Both the position numbers and the translations under genes were made by a program. Positions 35,026 to 47,824 of a stretch of 64,000 bases of DNA are shown piece by piece. Every line of letters begins with the position of its first letter. Position 1 is the stretch's first letter. The stretch comes from Octopus bimaculoides. Its lineage: Eukaryota. Location: contig NC_068981.1 in assembly GCF_001194135.2 (NCBI RefSeq), forward strand, positions 130,249,249 to 130,313,248, written 5' to 3'. The notes under the pieces were generated by a model that was given only the letters and a program-made list of their open reading frames with translations, had not been told where the DNA came from and did no database searches.

Positions 35026-38000
35026 GTTAGTAAAATAACCCTGTTTGCATCCATATCTATGTTTGCTTTGATATATGCCAGACTACATATAATATATAAG
35101 AACAATTGACAATTAGGTGACTCGATAATTGAATACAGTGCACATGTAAAAATTACCTTAGCAACATATATGACTTACCTGTATTTGTTAGTTGACGAGA
35201 TCGTGAACATTTCTGTCATTAGTATGTAGTGTATGTTTAATATTGGATTAATCGGTTGTCAGTTGACGAGTTGTACATTTAATTTCCACTAGTGTTTTAC
35301 TCGTACACTTGTGTATACATAAACACTGACATAATTTATTGAAAGTCTCGTCACCAGCTATCTTTGCTTTGTTTAAACCAAAATAATACACCTCACGTTA
35401 CTATTTTACACGCCAATGTGTAATGCAACTTACATAAATTCAAATACAAAAGTATTAAAGTTTGAAGAATTGTTTGTTTACATCATTATGACCAGTAATG
35501 ATGTATAGTTACAGTAATAAACCACTCGATTTCAACCAAGACAGAAGTAGTTTTAACCTCAACATACATTTATAGATGATATCTTTATAAATATATAAAC
35601 AAATAGTTTCAGATATTGTTAAAGATTGCACCTATTTCATTAGTTCTATTTATACTTTTAATCATTTTTTTCACGGTCAATTTACCTCTCACCTTTGTCA
35701 AGCTTTTCTTCTTTATTATTATTAATTTTTTTTATTAATGTTTCTTTCCCTATACATAACACCGGATATTACAAACCTCCGATTTATTTTCTGTGCAATA
35801 TAATTAAATGTTTATGATCAATAAATATTTTTTTGCTGAACAGTATCAAAATCTTCCAGAATATGTTTATTAAGAGTAATTATCCCGTGTCATTCCTCGA
35901 TAATCTGTCTTTAACGAAGGATGTTCGGACGTAACACGTTTATCATGGTCAATTTTATCATTTTGTTTTATATACTACTGGTACTTTAATTAACCTGGAA
36001 AGACGAGAAAACTTTAATAGGACTCCATCATAAGAGCCGTTGTCTGTTTTATTCCTACCATGTCTTCAATTAACCCATTAATGCATAGTGTCTCGAAAAC
36101 GGGACAAACAGAACATTAATACGAAGTATTTATTTCAGTTATCTGCTGTTCACACATTAACATTTCACAAATCAAAAATACTGTATAATCATCTTTTTAT
36201 AACTTAAAACAAAAAAAAAAAATTCATATGATTTCCTTGTTACTTATTTGTAATTGTAGAATGAAAATGAAATGTTATGGACTGTTGGGTTATTATCTAT
36301 CATTTATGTTGTACTTGTTTCAGTCGTTGGACAAATCGATCCCGGTACTCATTTTTAAAAAAGTCTGGTACTTATTCTATGTCTTTTATGCCGAACCGCT
36401 AAGTTACGGGGATGTAAACAAACCAAAAATAGGTGTCAAGCAGTGAACACACACACACACACACATATACGATGGGCTTCCACACAATTTTTCCGTTCAC
36501 CAAATTCACTTACAAGGCATTAGTTGGCCCAGGGCTGTAGTAGAAGACACTTGTGCAAGCTGCCCTGCAGTGGGGCTGAATCCGAGCTTCTTAACCACAC
36601 AGCTGTAGCCACACCTATTAGTTAAAACAAGCTGAATTAAAGTCAGTCGTATTGCTATTAAGTTTCTTTACTTACCAAATGTATTTAGTTTGTCTATATA
36701 GATTGTTTTTTCTGTCTGGTTTTAATGATGTTACCATCAGGGAGCGGGGTGGAGGTATTGAACTTTTTAAACCTCCTTCCTAATAGATCTGACTCGTATA
36801 TGATATAAAAATAATTATGTGACTGATGGGCCATAGTTAGTTGGGCAGATCTGCCTATCAAGACAGGCAGACTTGTCTACCACAGAAAATACATCTCTGC
36901 CATCCCAGACAGATCTGACTTCTTTCTGAAGCAGATCTGTCATGCTTGAAAGAACTTATTCAATCGTAATATTGTTGTTACAACAACTATAACTAGCTAT
37001 CTGTGCTCAGTTCAACTGACATTGTGATCTGGCACTCACTCTGTTGCTTGCGACAACAAGGGCTCCAGTTGATCCGATCAATGAAACAGCCTGCTTATGA
37101 AATTAACGTGCAAGTGGCCTTGAACTTCACAGATATGTTTGCTGTTGACATAGTTCTCAGGGAGATTCAGCGTGACACAGTATATAATACAAGTACTACT
37201 CGTATTTGCCAGCTGAGTGGACTACTGGAGCAACATGAAATAAAGCATCTTACTCAAGGACACAATGTGCCACTCAGAATTGAACACATGGCCTTATGAT
37301 TATGAGGTGAATGCCCCTAACCACTAAGGCATGTGCCTTCACAACATTAAGATCAGCAATAGGTAATAGGATAGGTACATCAACATCATGACATTCACAT
37401 GCTAGCATTGCATGTTTCACATAATTTATTTGCTTACCATATCAACCCAATGGTCAAGTTTTCTGTGCTATTTAGCAGAAGATTTTTGGAGGTAAAGGAC
37501 CATTTATAACTATAGCCTTGTTTTAAATAAATACCTGACAGTCAACCTAATGGTTTCAGGATCATTCCATTGTGCAGCATCTTAGACAAATGTCTTCTAC
37601 TCTAGCTCCAGGTTGACCAATACCTTGTAGATGAATTTGGTCGATGGAAACTGTTCGAAGCTCATCATACATACATACAGACAAGTCATTCATACATATA
37701 TAGATATGTTTATATGTATGTTTTGTGTTTGTTCCTCCCACAACCATCACGTGACAACTGCTGTTCATTTGCTTTAGATCTCCCTAACTTAGTGGTTCAA
37801 CAAAAGAGGACAATAGAATGAGTACCAGACTTAAAAAATAATTACTGGGGGTTGATTTGTTTGACTAAACACTTCCAAGACAATGCCCCAGCATGTCCAC
37901 AGTCCAATGACTGAAACGAGTAAAAGATAAAAGATACATTAAATGACTGCAAAGTAGCTTATGCCAGTGCAAAGGACTTACTGTGTCAGTTGGAAAATTT

Positions 38001-38349
38001 CAGGAAATCATTTACAGTTTTTCAAATCTGAACCAAACATGAGTAATGTCACAGTTGATATTCTACTGTATGGCATATGAAAACAGACCTAAACATGACA
38101 CTAAATCAGTGTTTAATGTCCTTGTATAATAATCCTTTCTACTGAAGGCACAAGGCCTGAAATTTGGGGAGAGGGGACTAGTTGATTACATTGACCCAGT
38201 GTTTCACTGGTACTTAATTTATTGATCCTGAAAGGATGAAGGGTAAAGTTGACCTCTGTGGAATTTGAATTCAGAGCATAGCGATAGGCAAAATATCACT
38301 AAGCATTTCATCCAGCTTGCTAACAATTCTGCCAGCTTGCTGCCTTAGA

Positions 38350-40012
38350 CATCATCATCATCATTTAGCATCCTTTGTCCATGTTGGTATGGGTTGGACG
38401 GTTTAACAGGGCTGGAAGGCTGTACCAGACTCCAGTCTGATTTGGCATGGTTTCTACGGTTGGATACCCTTCCTAACACCAACCACTCCGAGAGTGTAAT
38501 GGCATGGGTGTCATTTGCATGACACTGGTATCTGCCATGGCTGTGATTTTACTTGGCTTGATGGGTCTTCTTCTCAAGCACGACATGATGCCAAAGGTCT
38601 TGGTCATTGCCTCCATGAGGACCAACACTTGAAAGGAGCTCAGCCACTTTACATCCATGAGGTCCAACATTCGTGCCAGTTATGTGACACCAGTATCAAC
38701 CATGACAATGATTTCACTTGGCTTGACGGGTCTTCTCAAGCACAGCATATCAGCAAAGGTCTCGGTCACTAGTCATTGCTTCTGTGAGGCCCAAAGTTCA
38801 AAGATCCTGCTTCACCACCTTGTCCCATGTCTTCCTGGATCTACCTCTACCACAGGTTCCCTCCACAGTTAGAGATCAGCACTTCTTTACACAGCTGTCC
38901 TCGTCCATCCACATCACATGACCATACCATTGCATTCGTCTCTCTTACACACTATCTGATGCCTCTTATGCCCAATTTTTCTCTCAAGATGCTTACACTT
39001 TGTCGAACATGTACACTGACATTGCACGTCCAGCGAAGCATACTGGCTTCATTTCTTTCAAGCCTACGCATGTCCTCGGCTGTTACAGCCCAAGTTTCAC
39101 TGCTGTGCATACAGCATAGCTGTTTACATACAGGTATCATACAATCTGCCTTTCACTCTGAGAGAGGGGCCCTTTGTTGCCAGCGGAAGTAGGAGCTCTC
39201 TGAACTTAGCCCAGCCTAATCTTATTCTCACAGCTATGCTCATGGAACATCCACCTCTGCTACAAACTTAGTCATCTAGATGATGGAAGCTATCTACTAC
39301 CTCTAGCTTACTCCACTGGACTCTATTTTCTGTACATTTTCAGTGTTTATTGTACCTGTGCATCTTTCACACACAAAAGCTATCTTCCCTGTTAACCTTG
39401 ATATTGCTACACCTCTTATGTGTCCAAAGCTTAGACCAGGTGCATCTTATGGAGTTTCTACCTATGCCTTTTCTACAGATCGAGCAGGGCCATTGACCTG
39501 AAGGGATTTGTGATTTGTCTGCCTTTCTACTTAGGAAGACTTTGGTTTGTGCTAGGTTAACTCTAAGGCCCTTTGATTCTAGACCTTGTTTCCATACCTG
39601 GAACTTCTTCTCCAGTTCTGGTAGTGGTTCAGCTATAAGAACAAACACATCAGCATAGAGGAGCTCCCAGGAGCAGCCTGTCTTATATTCCACTGTTATT
39701 GCCTGGACAACTATAATGTACAAGAAGGGGCTGAGTACCAATCCTTGGTGAACCCCTACTTGTACCCTGAATTCTTTACTGTACTTGTTGCCAACCCTCA
39801 CCTTACTGGTAGTGTCCCTATACATGGCTTGTACAGCTCTCCAACCACTTGTCTATCCCTAGTTTCCGCATTGACCACTAGATAAGGGATTAGAGGACCC
39901 TGTCAAAAGCTTTCTCCAAGTCAGCAAAAGACAAGTACAGAAGTTTATCTTTGGCTATGTATTTCTCATGCAGCTGCCTTACCAGAAATATAGCACCAGA
40001 GGTGCTTCTCCC
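38350..40012 (-). mobile_element. RTE-clade LINE, 5'-truncated, decayed RT
   Basis: RT motifs FADLEKAFDRV, VGVHQGLVLSPFLY and LLYADV (YADD); C-terminal HSSETWAVTAEDMRRLERNEASMLRW; (GAT)n tail at 38350-38364. Confidence 0.92.
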
Positions 40013-40546
40013 TGAATGCTCTTATATGTGTTGATGCCAGTCCTGTTGGATTGGGTGCCAGAGTTGTAGTTATCTGAAGCTTGAAAAGGTGTATAAGGAT
40101 GATCTTCAATCACCAGTAGCTATTGGCAGGGGTGTAATAGGATTATTTAGTTCCTGGATGCATTGTGAACCTTCACTGTTTGGGTTATCAGAAGGGCAAT
40201 ATCATTTGTTTAAGCTGAGCACACAGATTAATGGTAGAAATATTAAATGTGTTCTATCTTTGCTTTAGACTGTTTCTTTTGTTTTTGACACAATCTATTA
40301 GCCATGAAGTGGTAGTAGATGGCTTATATAGTTAATTTGAATGATAGAATGTGTCTAGATTAGTGGTGTAGTAAGATTTTAATGTCAAGGCATTTTAATT
40401 TCTTAACCATTACTATACTTAATCACATAAAAGACATACAAGCATATTAGATACACCCTATTTTCAATAGTACATATTTAGGAAAAAAATCCTTGTTCTA
40501 TGAAATATGAAATTAATAATGATAAAGTCTTCATTTTTCATTTCAG

Positions 40547-40629
40547 GAAATTGTCAATGAAGAATTGAACAACCTGTTAGAGCATCAGTCTTTATTGGAG
40601 AATAAAATGTTTGCTCTTCATAAAATGCT
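40547..40629 (+). CDS. COG4: COG4 coding exon 2
   Basis: EIVNEELNNLLEHQSLLENKMFALHKM(L); tttcag acceptor, GCT|gtgagt donor; 83 nt. Confidence 0.94.
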
Positions 40630-40659
40630 GTGAGTTAGATTTATATGTTGTTTCTCTTA

Positions 40660-41204
40660 AGACGGAATTCTGGTTTAAGCACCCCATATAAACTTTTTTT
40701 ATATTTTGGAATTTTCAGAAAAGTTTTGCAAATTTGTTCTACATAAGGGAATTCATATGATTATGCAAAAAAAAAAAAAAAAACCCCAATATTTTTTTGT
40801 GTGATTTAAGGATGTTTTAGCTGTTCTTATTAATAACTCTCACAACCACCTGATACGTTCTTCGTTTTTTTGTCACTCTGACATGTATTGATGTTTTTCA
40901 ATATTTTTCTCCCCATAAACACATTTAATAGAATGATGATGCACCCAAGGATGATCCATTGCTGGGATTTAAGCAAAAATTTCAGACTGTCCATATTTTA
41001 AATACTGATTTTTAAAAAAATTGATAAAAAGTGGAACTTTTAGGATTTATGGGGAGAAGGGGGTCAAAAAATTAAAAACAAATTTTTTTTCATAATCATA
41101 TGACTTACCATGTATAGGACATAAATTCCCAAAAATTTTCTAAAAATTCCCTAAAATAAAAGTAAAGAGGAGTTATATAGAGTGCCTAAACCAGAGTTCC
41201 ACCT
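40660..41204. mobile_element. MITE with long (>100 bp) imperfect TIRs, superfamily uncertain
   Basis: gacggaattctggtttaagcaccccatataaact...ttcatatgattatgcaaaaaa is mirrored by ttttttcataatcatatga...agttatatagagtgcctaaaccagagttccacc. Confidence 0.7.
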
Positions 41205-41825
41205 CTTTTAATTCTTTTAAATAGTCTAACCATTTAAACCTGTCAATATGGCTCTATTGTAGTTGCTACTTCTTGACTACTACTACTGCTACTACATAAT
41301 TAGTTAATTCTCAGTGCTGTTAATTTTTTGTCCCATTGAAACTATAAACCTGGTTAGATGCAGTTTTAATAAAATTATACCTTTGAGGCAAAGATATTTT
41401 ATATGTAATTCTGTTTTATGGTTCTCAATTACAGTTGTCTTTGATCATTTGTTTCTTGTAGTATTAATTAAATACATGCTGAATCAGTGTTTCTAGTCGG
41501 TTTATTGGTACAAATTTTTACAAACCTAAGGTTTAATCCTTTTAAGTCCATGCCTGTTCTATTATATCTTCATCATTATGCTTGTTTTCCATGCTGGCAT
41601 GGGTTGGATGATTTGACTGGAGCTGGTAAGGCTGGGGGCTGCACTAGGCCCCATTGTCTGTTCTGGCATGGTTTCTATGGCTGGATACCCTTCCTAATGT
41701 CAACCACTCCACAGAGTGTACTGGGTGCTTTTTATGTTACCAGCACCAATGCTTTTAGCATTGCATCAGCATGAGTGCTTTTTATATGGTACCAGCACTG
41801 ATATCAATTCTTCTTGATGGGTCTC

Positions 41826-41968
41826 CTTGAGTACAGCAATGCACCAGATATCTTGGTCCTTGGTCTTCTCCTTCATAAGGCAGAATGTCTTACGAAGGAA
41901 ATGAGACACTGAGCCTTATAAAGGAGATGACTGAGGACCAAGATATCTGGTGTATTGCTGTACTCAAG
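41826..41968. repeat. About 56-bp imperfect inverted repeat of RTE-tail sequence
   Basis: cttgagtacagcaatgcaccagatatcttggtcct...ataaggc pairs with gccttat...aggaccaagatatctggtgtattgctgtactcaag. Confidence 0.9.
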
Positions 41969-42220
41969 ATATGTATAATATTAAGGATCAGTGAGGGAAC
42001 CTATATGTTATTTGTGAATGAACTACAAATATTAACTAAATCTTTCTCAGATCACACTATCTAGTCAACACTAACTAGTCTTACAAAAGCAAGTATACAC
42101 TGGATAATGTAGCCCTTGATATATTATTTGAAAAAAGAAAAAACAGAGATTGTTCATAACTGGAATACTTTGCTGTTAAGTTGGCTTAAGTAAGGACTGA
42201 TCTAAGACTAAACAACATGT

Positions 42221-42602
42221 TGTTGGCACTCCGTCGCTTACGACGTCGAAGGTTTCAGTTGATCCGATCAATGGAACAGCCTGCTTGTGAAATTAACGTG
42301 CAAGTGGCTGAGCACTCCACAGACACGCGTATCCTTAACGTAGTTCTCGGAGATATTCAGTGTAACACAGTGTGACAAAGCTGACCCTTTGAATTACAGG
42401 CACAACAGAAACAGGAAGTAAGAGTGAGAGAAAGTTGTGGTGAAAGAGTACAGCAGGGTTCGCCACCATCCCCTGCTGGAGCCTTGTGGAGCTTTAGGTA
42501 TTTTCACTCAATAAACTCTCACAACGCCCGGTCTGGGAATCGAAACCACGATCCTATGACTGCGAGTCCGCTGCCCTAACCACTGGGCCATTGCGCCTCC
42601 AC
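42221..42602 (-). mobile_element. tRNA-derived SINE (Octopus OK/OR-like), full length
   Basis: A box TGGCCCAGTGG and B box GTTTCGATTCC on the minus strand, (AAC)n tail, and 11-bp TSD aaacaacatgt (42210-42220 and 42603-42613). Confidence 0.85.
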
Positions 42603-42987
42603 AAACAACATGTAATGCTGTGATAATAAGGTGGTAAGAGAGCTAAGCTTGATACTTTATACTATATTATTTATTGCCTAAGATTCTGAGTTCAAATCTT
42701 TCTATCCATGCTGGACTCACAAAATAAATAGCAGCAAGGCTAAAGAGATTTGATAATTTGACATGACAATAATTTTATTTTTTACAAAATTAATTTTATA
42801 GCTTTAGAAGTCAATATGACTCTATTATAGTTGCTACTTCTTGACTACTACTACTACTACTGCTACTACATAATTAGTTAATTCTCAGTGCTGTTAATTT
42901 TTTGTCCCATTGAAACTATAAAACCTGTGTTAGGTACATAATGATTTGTTTTGTTACAATTTTAAGTATACCTTTGATCTGTTTCAG

Positions 42988-43102
42988 TCCTAACTTACAT
43001 GTTCTCGACTCAGATGCCAAGCAACTTTCTACTATGATATCATTCACATCAACTTTAGCTGAAAATGTAAGCAGCAAAGTAAGACAGCTGGATGTAGCCA
43101 AG
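42988..43102 (+). CDS. COG4: COG4 coding exon 3
   Basis: [38 protein letters not shown], containing the conserved [13 protein letters not shown] motif; 115 nt, AG/GT boundaries. Confidence 0.97.
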
Positions 43103-43233
43103 GTGAGTTGAAGTGATGTTTATTGTAAACTGAAGATTTTGTCAATGTTTATGATGATGATCATCATTATTTAATGTCTGTTTTCCATGCTAGCATAGTT
43201 GGATGATTTGATATATATATATATATATATATA

Positions 43234-44496
43234 CTAGCAGAGGCACCCGGCATTGCCCGGGAATTAAATTTTTCCTTACATATTGGAAGAAAAAAGCAAA
43301 ATATGTTGTATAGAAATTTGTTATTCTAAATTCAAATTATTCTTTAATTGGGAAATCAATTCTGAATTCATAATACAAAATAATAGTAATAAACGAAAAT
43401 ACAAAATTTTCCACTTTTATGAAAGGAGATAAATTCTACTACATATGTTGAAGGAAATTATGTAAGAGCTTCTGGGTAAACAACATTCTTTGTTTACTGG
43501 TTTGGAGCATAGACAAATAAGTCTTGTAAACTACTACTTATCCTGGAACAACCAACATAAAGTCGACAATGAAAAACGCAAGCAAGTAGATTTCAAAGGC
43601 TGACCTTGAGCTTTATTAATAGACATTGCAAAGCAAAGTTGCACTGGGAATTGTGTTTGTTTAAACTCAAATGGCATATCTGTTGGTTTGATTGGAATTC
43701 TTGGAATGAAAACCTCTTCTCCAGAGACACATCCAGTGATGATGGTAGCTTCTGTCACATTAGGTGATTATGTCTTCACAATCAACCTTGTTCTATTGCA
43801 TAATTTAGGAGGATCTAAATTTCTTAGAAGCATTATTGAGACTCCAACTTTCAGAAAAAGTTTATGTGGTGGAATTCCAGGTGGCTCAAGAGAATTAAGG
43901 AACTCTATTGGGTAATGGACAGCTTGATTTTCATTAAGGACTGAATCAACTGATTTGTACTTCTTAATGACTGTTGGAATCTTATTTATTAATTCATAGG
44001 TAATCCTTGCTACTGTCTCATTTTTTGGAGTAAGAACTGCCCTTTTACACAACCATTTATGTGGATTATAATTATTACATAAGTCTGGCAATACCCTGTT
44101 CTTCAATTCAGCTGGGGAATTCATCATGATAGCAATATGAGCCAAACTGATATCACCATTCCCATCAAATGGTACTTCTCTATTTCCTAGTTTATAACAA
44201 ATTAAAAACAGAACACAAAGGATATCTCGGTACACGTGTTTCAAGCTTTATAAACAATCTGTTATTACATCAGCATAGGTATATTATTGATATAAAAGAG
44301 GGTTTAAAGCTCTCCTCAGCTGCAAACATTGTTAGTCCAAAGATTACATCACAAAAGAAAAAGTACACATAGTATTACCCATTATAATAGGTTTATCACA
44401 TCCCTTTGGAAAGGTATATTTGTATAAAGGTTCATTGGATTTCAAAAATCTGCCCATACTGTATCACTATTCAGCATAGAGTGAATGATAGATAGA
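43234..44496 (-). mobile_element. Helitron, internally deleted, with PIF1-helicase C-terminal remnant
   Basis: Minus-strand peptides YPIEFLNSLEPPGIPPHKLFLKVGVSIMLLRNLDPPKLCNRTRL and IPRIPIKPTDMPFEFKQTQFPVQLCFAMSINKAQGQ; 3' end hairpin cccgggcaatgccggg then CTAG|T at 43234; probable A|TC 5' end at 44496 (less certain). Confidence 0.9.
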
Positions 44497-44895
44497 TTGG
44501 ATTGAGTTTATATTTAACTAGCCATGTATAAGATAGAAAGAAAAGATAAAAGATAAAATAAAAAGTAAAAAATAAAATATAGATAATAGAAGTAAAAACA
44601 AGAGTAATAAAAGTAAAAATAAGAATAATAAAGTTAGATACATATATTAATAAGATTTAGCAAAATTGGAATAAAGTAACAAAAGAAATAAAAACATAAA
44701 ATAAAATGAGATAAAGGGATAAAATAATATAGAGCTGAGAACAGGATGTTGGCTTGGATGAGATGTTAGGGGTCATAAATAATTTCCTAGCTTGACCACT
44801 TGGTTGAATTAGAGATTAAGGTTGTAACATGATATCATTGTGATGAATGGTCAGTTTACCCAAATACACCACTAAAAATTACTAGCTTTATAAAC

Positions 44896-45025
44896 TTATC
44901 TATTACATGGGTACATACACATACATAGAAGTCATAGTATATGTATCTGTATGAGTGCGTGTGTATACACACATATACATATACTATGACTTCTATGTAT
45001 GTGTATGTACCCATGTAATAGATAA
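44896..45025. repeat. Perfect 51-bp inverted repeat, 28-nt spacer
   Basis: 44896-44946 is the exact reverse complement of 44975-45025. Confidence 0.95.
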
Positions 45026-45200
45026 ATTATATGGTGCAGCTCTCTTTGGTCTTGGCTAGTTCTGAAACATTTTCATTACATTACAAAATAGATTTCTTTT
45101 GAAATGTTTTTTTTTTTTTTAAGTAGAAGGATATTTGATTGAACTGACCCCAGCATTTTACTGGCACTTTTGATTTCTATTTCATTGTTTTCACTTTCAG

Positions 45201-45302
45201 AGTCATGTAAGTGATTCGATCCAACGTGTTGAAGATGTGCTGGACCTTAAATTTTGCACTGATGGTGTGCAGTCAGCACTGCAGAATGAAGATTATGAAA
45301 AG
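45201..45302 (+). CDS. COG4: COG4 coding exon 4
   Basis: [34 protein letters not shown]; ctttcag acceptor, AAG|gtatga donor; 102 nt. Confidence 0.97.
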
Positions 45303-47538
45303 GTATGACCTCTGATATTTTTCCTATATGTCTGTTTCTTTATGCATACTAGGATAGTCTGTTTCAGTATAGTGTCTTGCCACTTGTTACAGTCTTTTGG
45401 AGTCTAATACACAGAGTAATAGAGAAAACCACCAATCTTTGTGGTTGTTCTTGTCATTTCCCTTTTTGAAATGTTTTTTTCTGATTGGATGCCCTTCCTA
45501 TCGCCAACCCCCTTCAGCATAGGCTTTACCACCAGCAATAGAAAGGTTGTCTACCAAAACTAATATTCTGTCATAACATGACTTCAAACCTTGTTGTGGA
45601 CAATTTCTTGGCTGCTGTGTTAAATGAATGCAATCTTTTCCTCAGCACATCAAGTGTTCATTGTTGATCTATTTGTTTCCATGTATATTTTGGATTCATT
45701 TATATATGAGTGTGGTATCTAAATGTGATAACTATTTTGATTGTGTATGTGTGCCTGTGTGATCACCATCATTATCATTTGCATTTGCTTTTCCATTTCC
45801 ATGCTGGATTTAATTGAAATTTCATCCTGAACTGAGTCAGTTTTTCTTTGGAGCTTCTACTCTCTTAGGCATGAAGAAACTCATATCTCACTCATGTTTT
45901 ATTTTTGCCATGGTTTTTTTACAACTGGATGCCCTTCATGTCTTTAGTCATTCATTCACTGGAATCAGAAAAAGTATCCCATACCTGACATGGCTTTCTC
46001 TGATCTATCTCTATTTGTTCCTTTCCTTTCCACAGAACTGGGTATATAATAATAGAGTTAATTTTTATAAATGTCTCTAGTATCAAATAAATAGCTTGAG
46101 ATGAGGCCATAGAGAGTTCTCTCAATTCTACATGATATTCATTATTACTGATAATAGGTCAACATGTTAGGCTTGTTTAGCTCTCTGGAGTTTCATGGCA
46201 GCAGTAAAGTCTGTTGGGTATAAAGGTCCTCTATTCTAGTCCATAGTAGCAAGCTGATATGATAGTGTGTTTTATAAACAGATAGTCTTGTATCCTCTCT
46301 AATACCATGCCTATGTAATTAGTATGTTGATATTAGGGTCCATAGTAAGGCAGCAAGCTAGCAGAGTTGCTAGCATGCCAGGCAAAGTTCTTAGTGACAT
46401 TTCATCTGTCTTTACATTCTGAGTTCAAATTCTACTGAAGTCAACTTTACCATTCATCCTTTCAGGAGTCAATAAAATAAATACTAATTGAACACTGGAG
46501 TTGATGAACGCTGGAGTTACCCCTTCCCCAAAACTGCTGGCCTTGTGCCAAAAGCTGAAGCTGATGTCAGGGTTCATAGTGTCAGTGAAGGCCAGTAACT
46601 ATAAAAGTTGCCCTAGTTGTTGATATCTCCATGCATAACTTAGTATATCTGTATCATAGGTTATCAAAGGAAAGCCCTTATTGGGATGTAATAGCAAATG
46701 TGCAGATAGTTATCCCAAGTGTTATCTGTCAAAGCGTTAAGGATATATCTCTCTCTACACTACATGAACATTTGTTGTGAGTGTAATGATAAATGGTATA
46801 AAGATGTTAATGACAGACAGGCCGATACTGTCTTCAAAGTACAAGGTAGTTCAAGGAAAGGAGAAAGATGGTGGACTCATCATGTTGGTGCTCAGGCTAA
46901 TAGATCAATAACTGCTAGGCCGACATCATTAGAATTTGTAATGACAATGAAATGGATAGAATGGACTAGCTGTTGGGTGGGGTTTTTAGGTATGCATTGT
47001 TATTTCCTGTCATGTAAGATAGTGGTGGGAGAAAGAGGGAGTTGTAGAAAAGAAGCAGAGTGACAGGAATCAGAGTAAGATGATGATGTAGTAGAGAGTA
47101 ATAAAATAGACCCACTAAGGGGAGTGATGGGAACAGAGAGTGTGAAAGACAGCTACATGATGGTTGTTGGTAAGGAGAATGAATAGAAACAACATGAGTG
47201 GTAATGATTTAAGTATAAATAACAAACACCCAACTTCCCTGGATATGTTTGACAATTGTTTGTTTGACTCAGAATTTGAAAAAATTCTGAATCAAACAGA
47301 CAAGTGGTGTGATAGGGGCAAAGAAAAAGTGGTAGAAAAGAGACTGGGTGAAGGAAGAGAGAGAGTAATAAAAGAAAATGTGGGACAGGAGAGAGAATGA
47401 GGGAGACAGCATTATATCATATGCATGTCACCAACATCATCATCATCATGTGTATATAAATTTATGTGTGTGTTTTACATATTTACTCACAATTATATAT
47501 GTTTGTATAATATACTTTTATATTTAAAACTGTTTTAG

Positions 47539-47611
47539 GCTGCTGGTCATGTCCACCGGTTCCTAAGTCTGGATGAAAATGTTCTCAGAATGGCTGGTGA
47601 TGCCAGTGAAG
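47539..47611 (+). CDS. COG4: COG4 coding exon 5
   Basis: AAGHVHRFLSLDENVLRMAGDASE(G); ttttag acceptor, AAG|gtaagg donor; 73 nt. Confidence 0.95.
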
Positions 47612-47824
47612 GTAAGGGCTTTAACATTTGGCACATCACTCCCTGATGTTTATTCTCATTGTTCAGCTGCTGGTAAAATTTTCATTCATTTTTTCTGAAG
47701 AGTCTGTTCTGCTGGAATTGTTTATTCTTTGTTGCTATCTGGTTTTAAAAAAATTTTTACCTGATATTACCTTAATTTTTTTGTTTTATCTTTTCTTTAG
47801 CTACATGTGATCCTCTGTGGATAA

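Larger units (their letters stand above)
41242..42927 (+). repeat. About 110-bp direct duplication (41242-41352 and 42810-42927)
   Basis: gtcaatatg(g/a)ctctatt.tagttgctacttcttgac(tac)n...tgtcccattgaaactataaa(a)cctg occurs twice. Confidence 0.9.

Noticed and set aside
46700-47400. Purine-rich tracts (also 8830-9080, 60100-60260, 61790-62260 and 63100-63400) resembling ancient CR1/L2 LINE remnants
   Set aside because: Too decayed for me to recover diagnostic motifs, so left uncalled.
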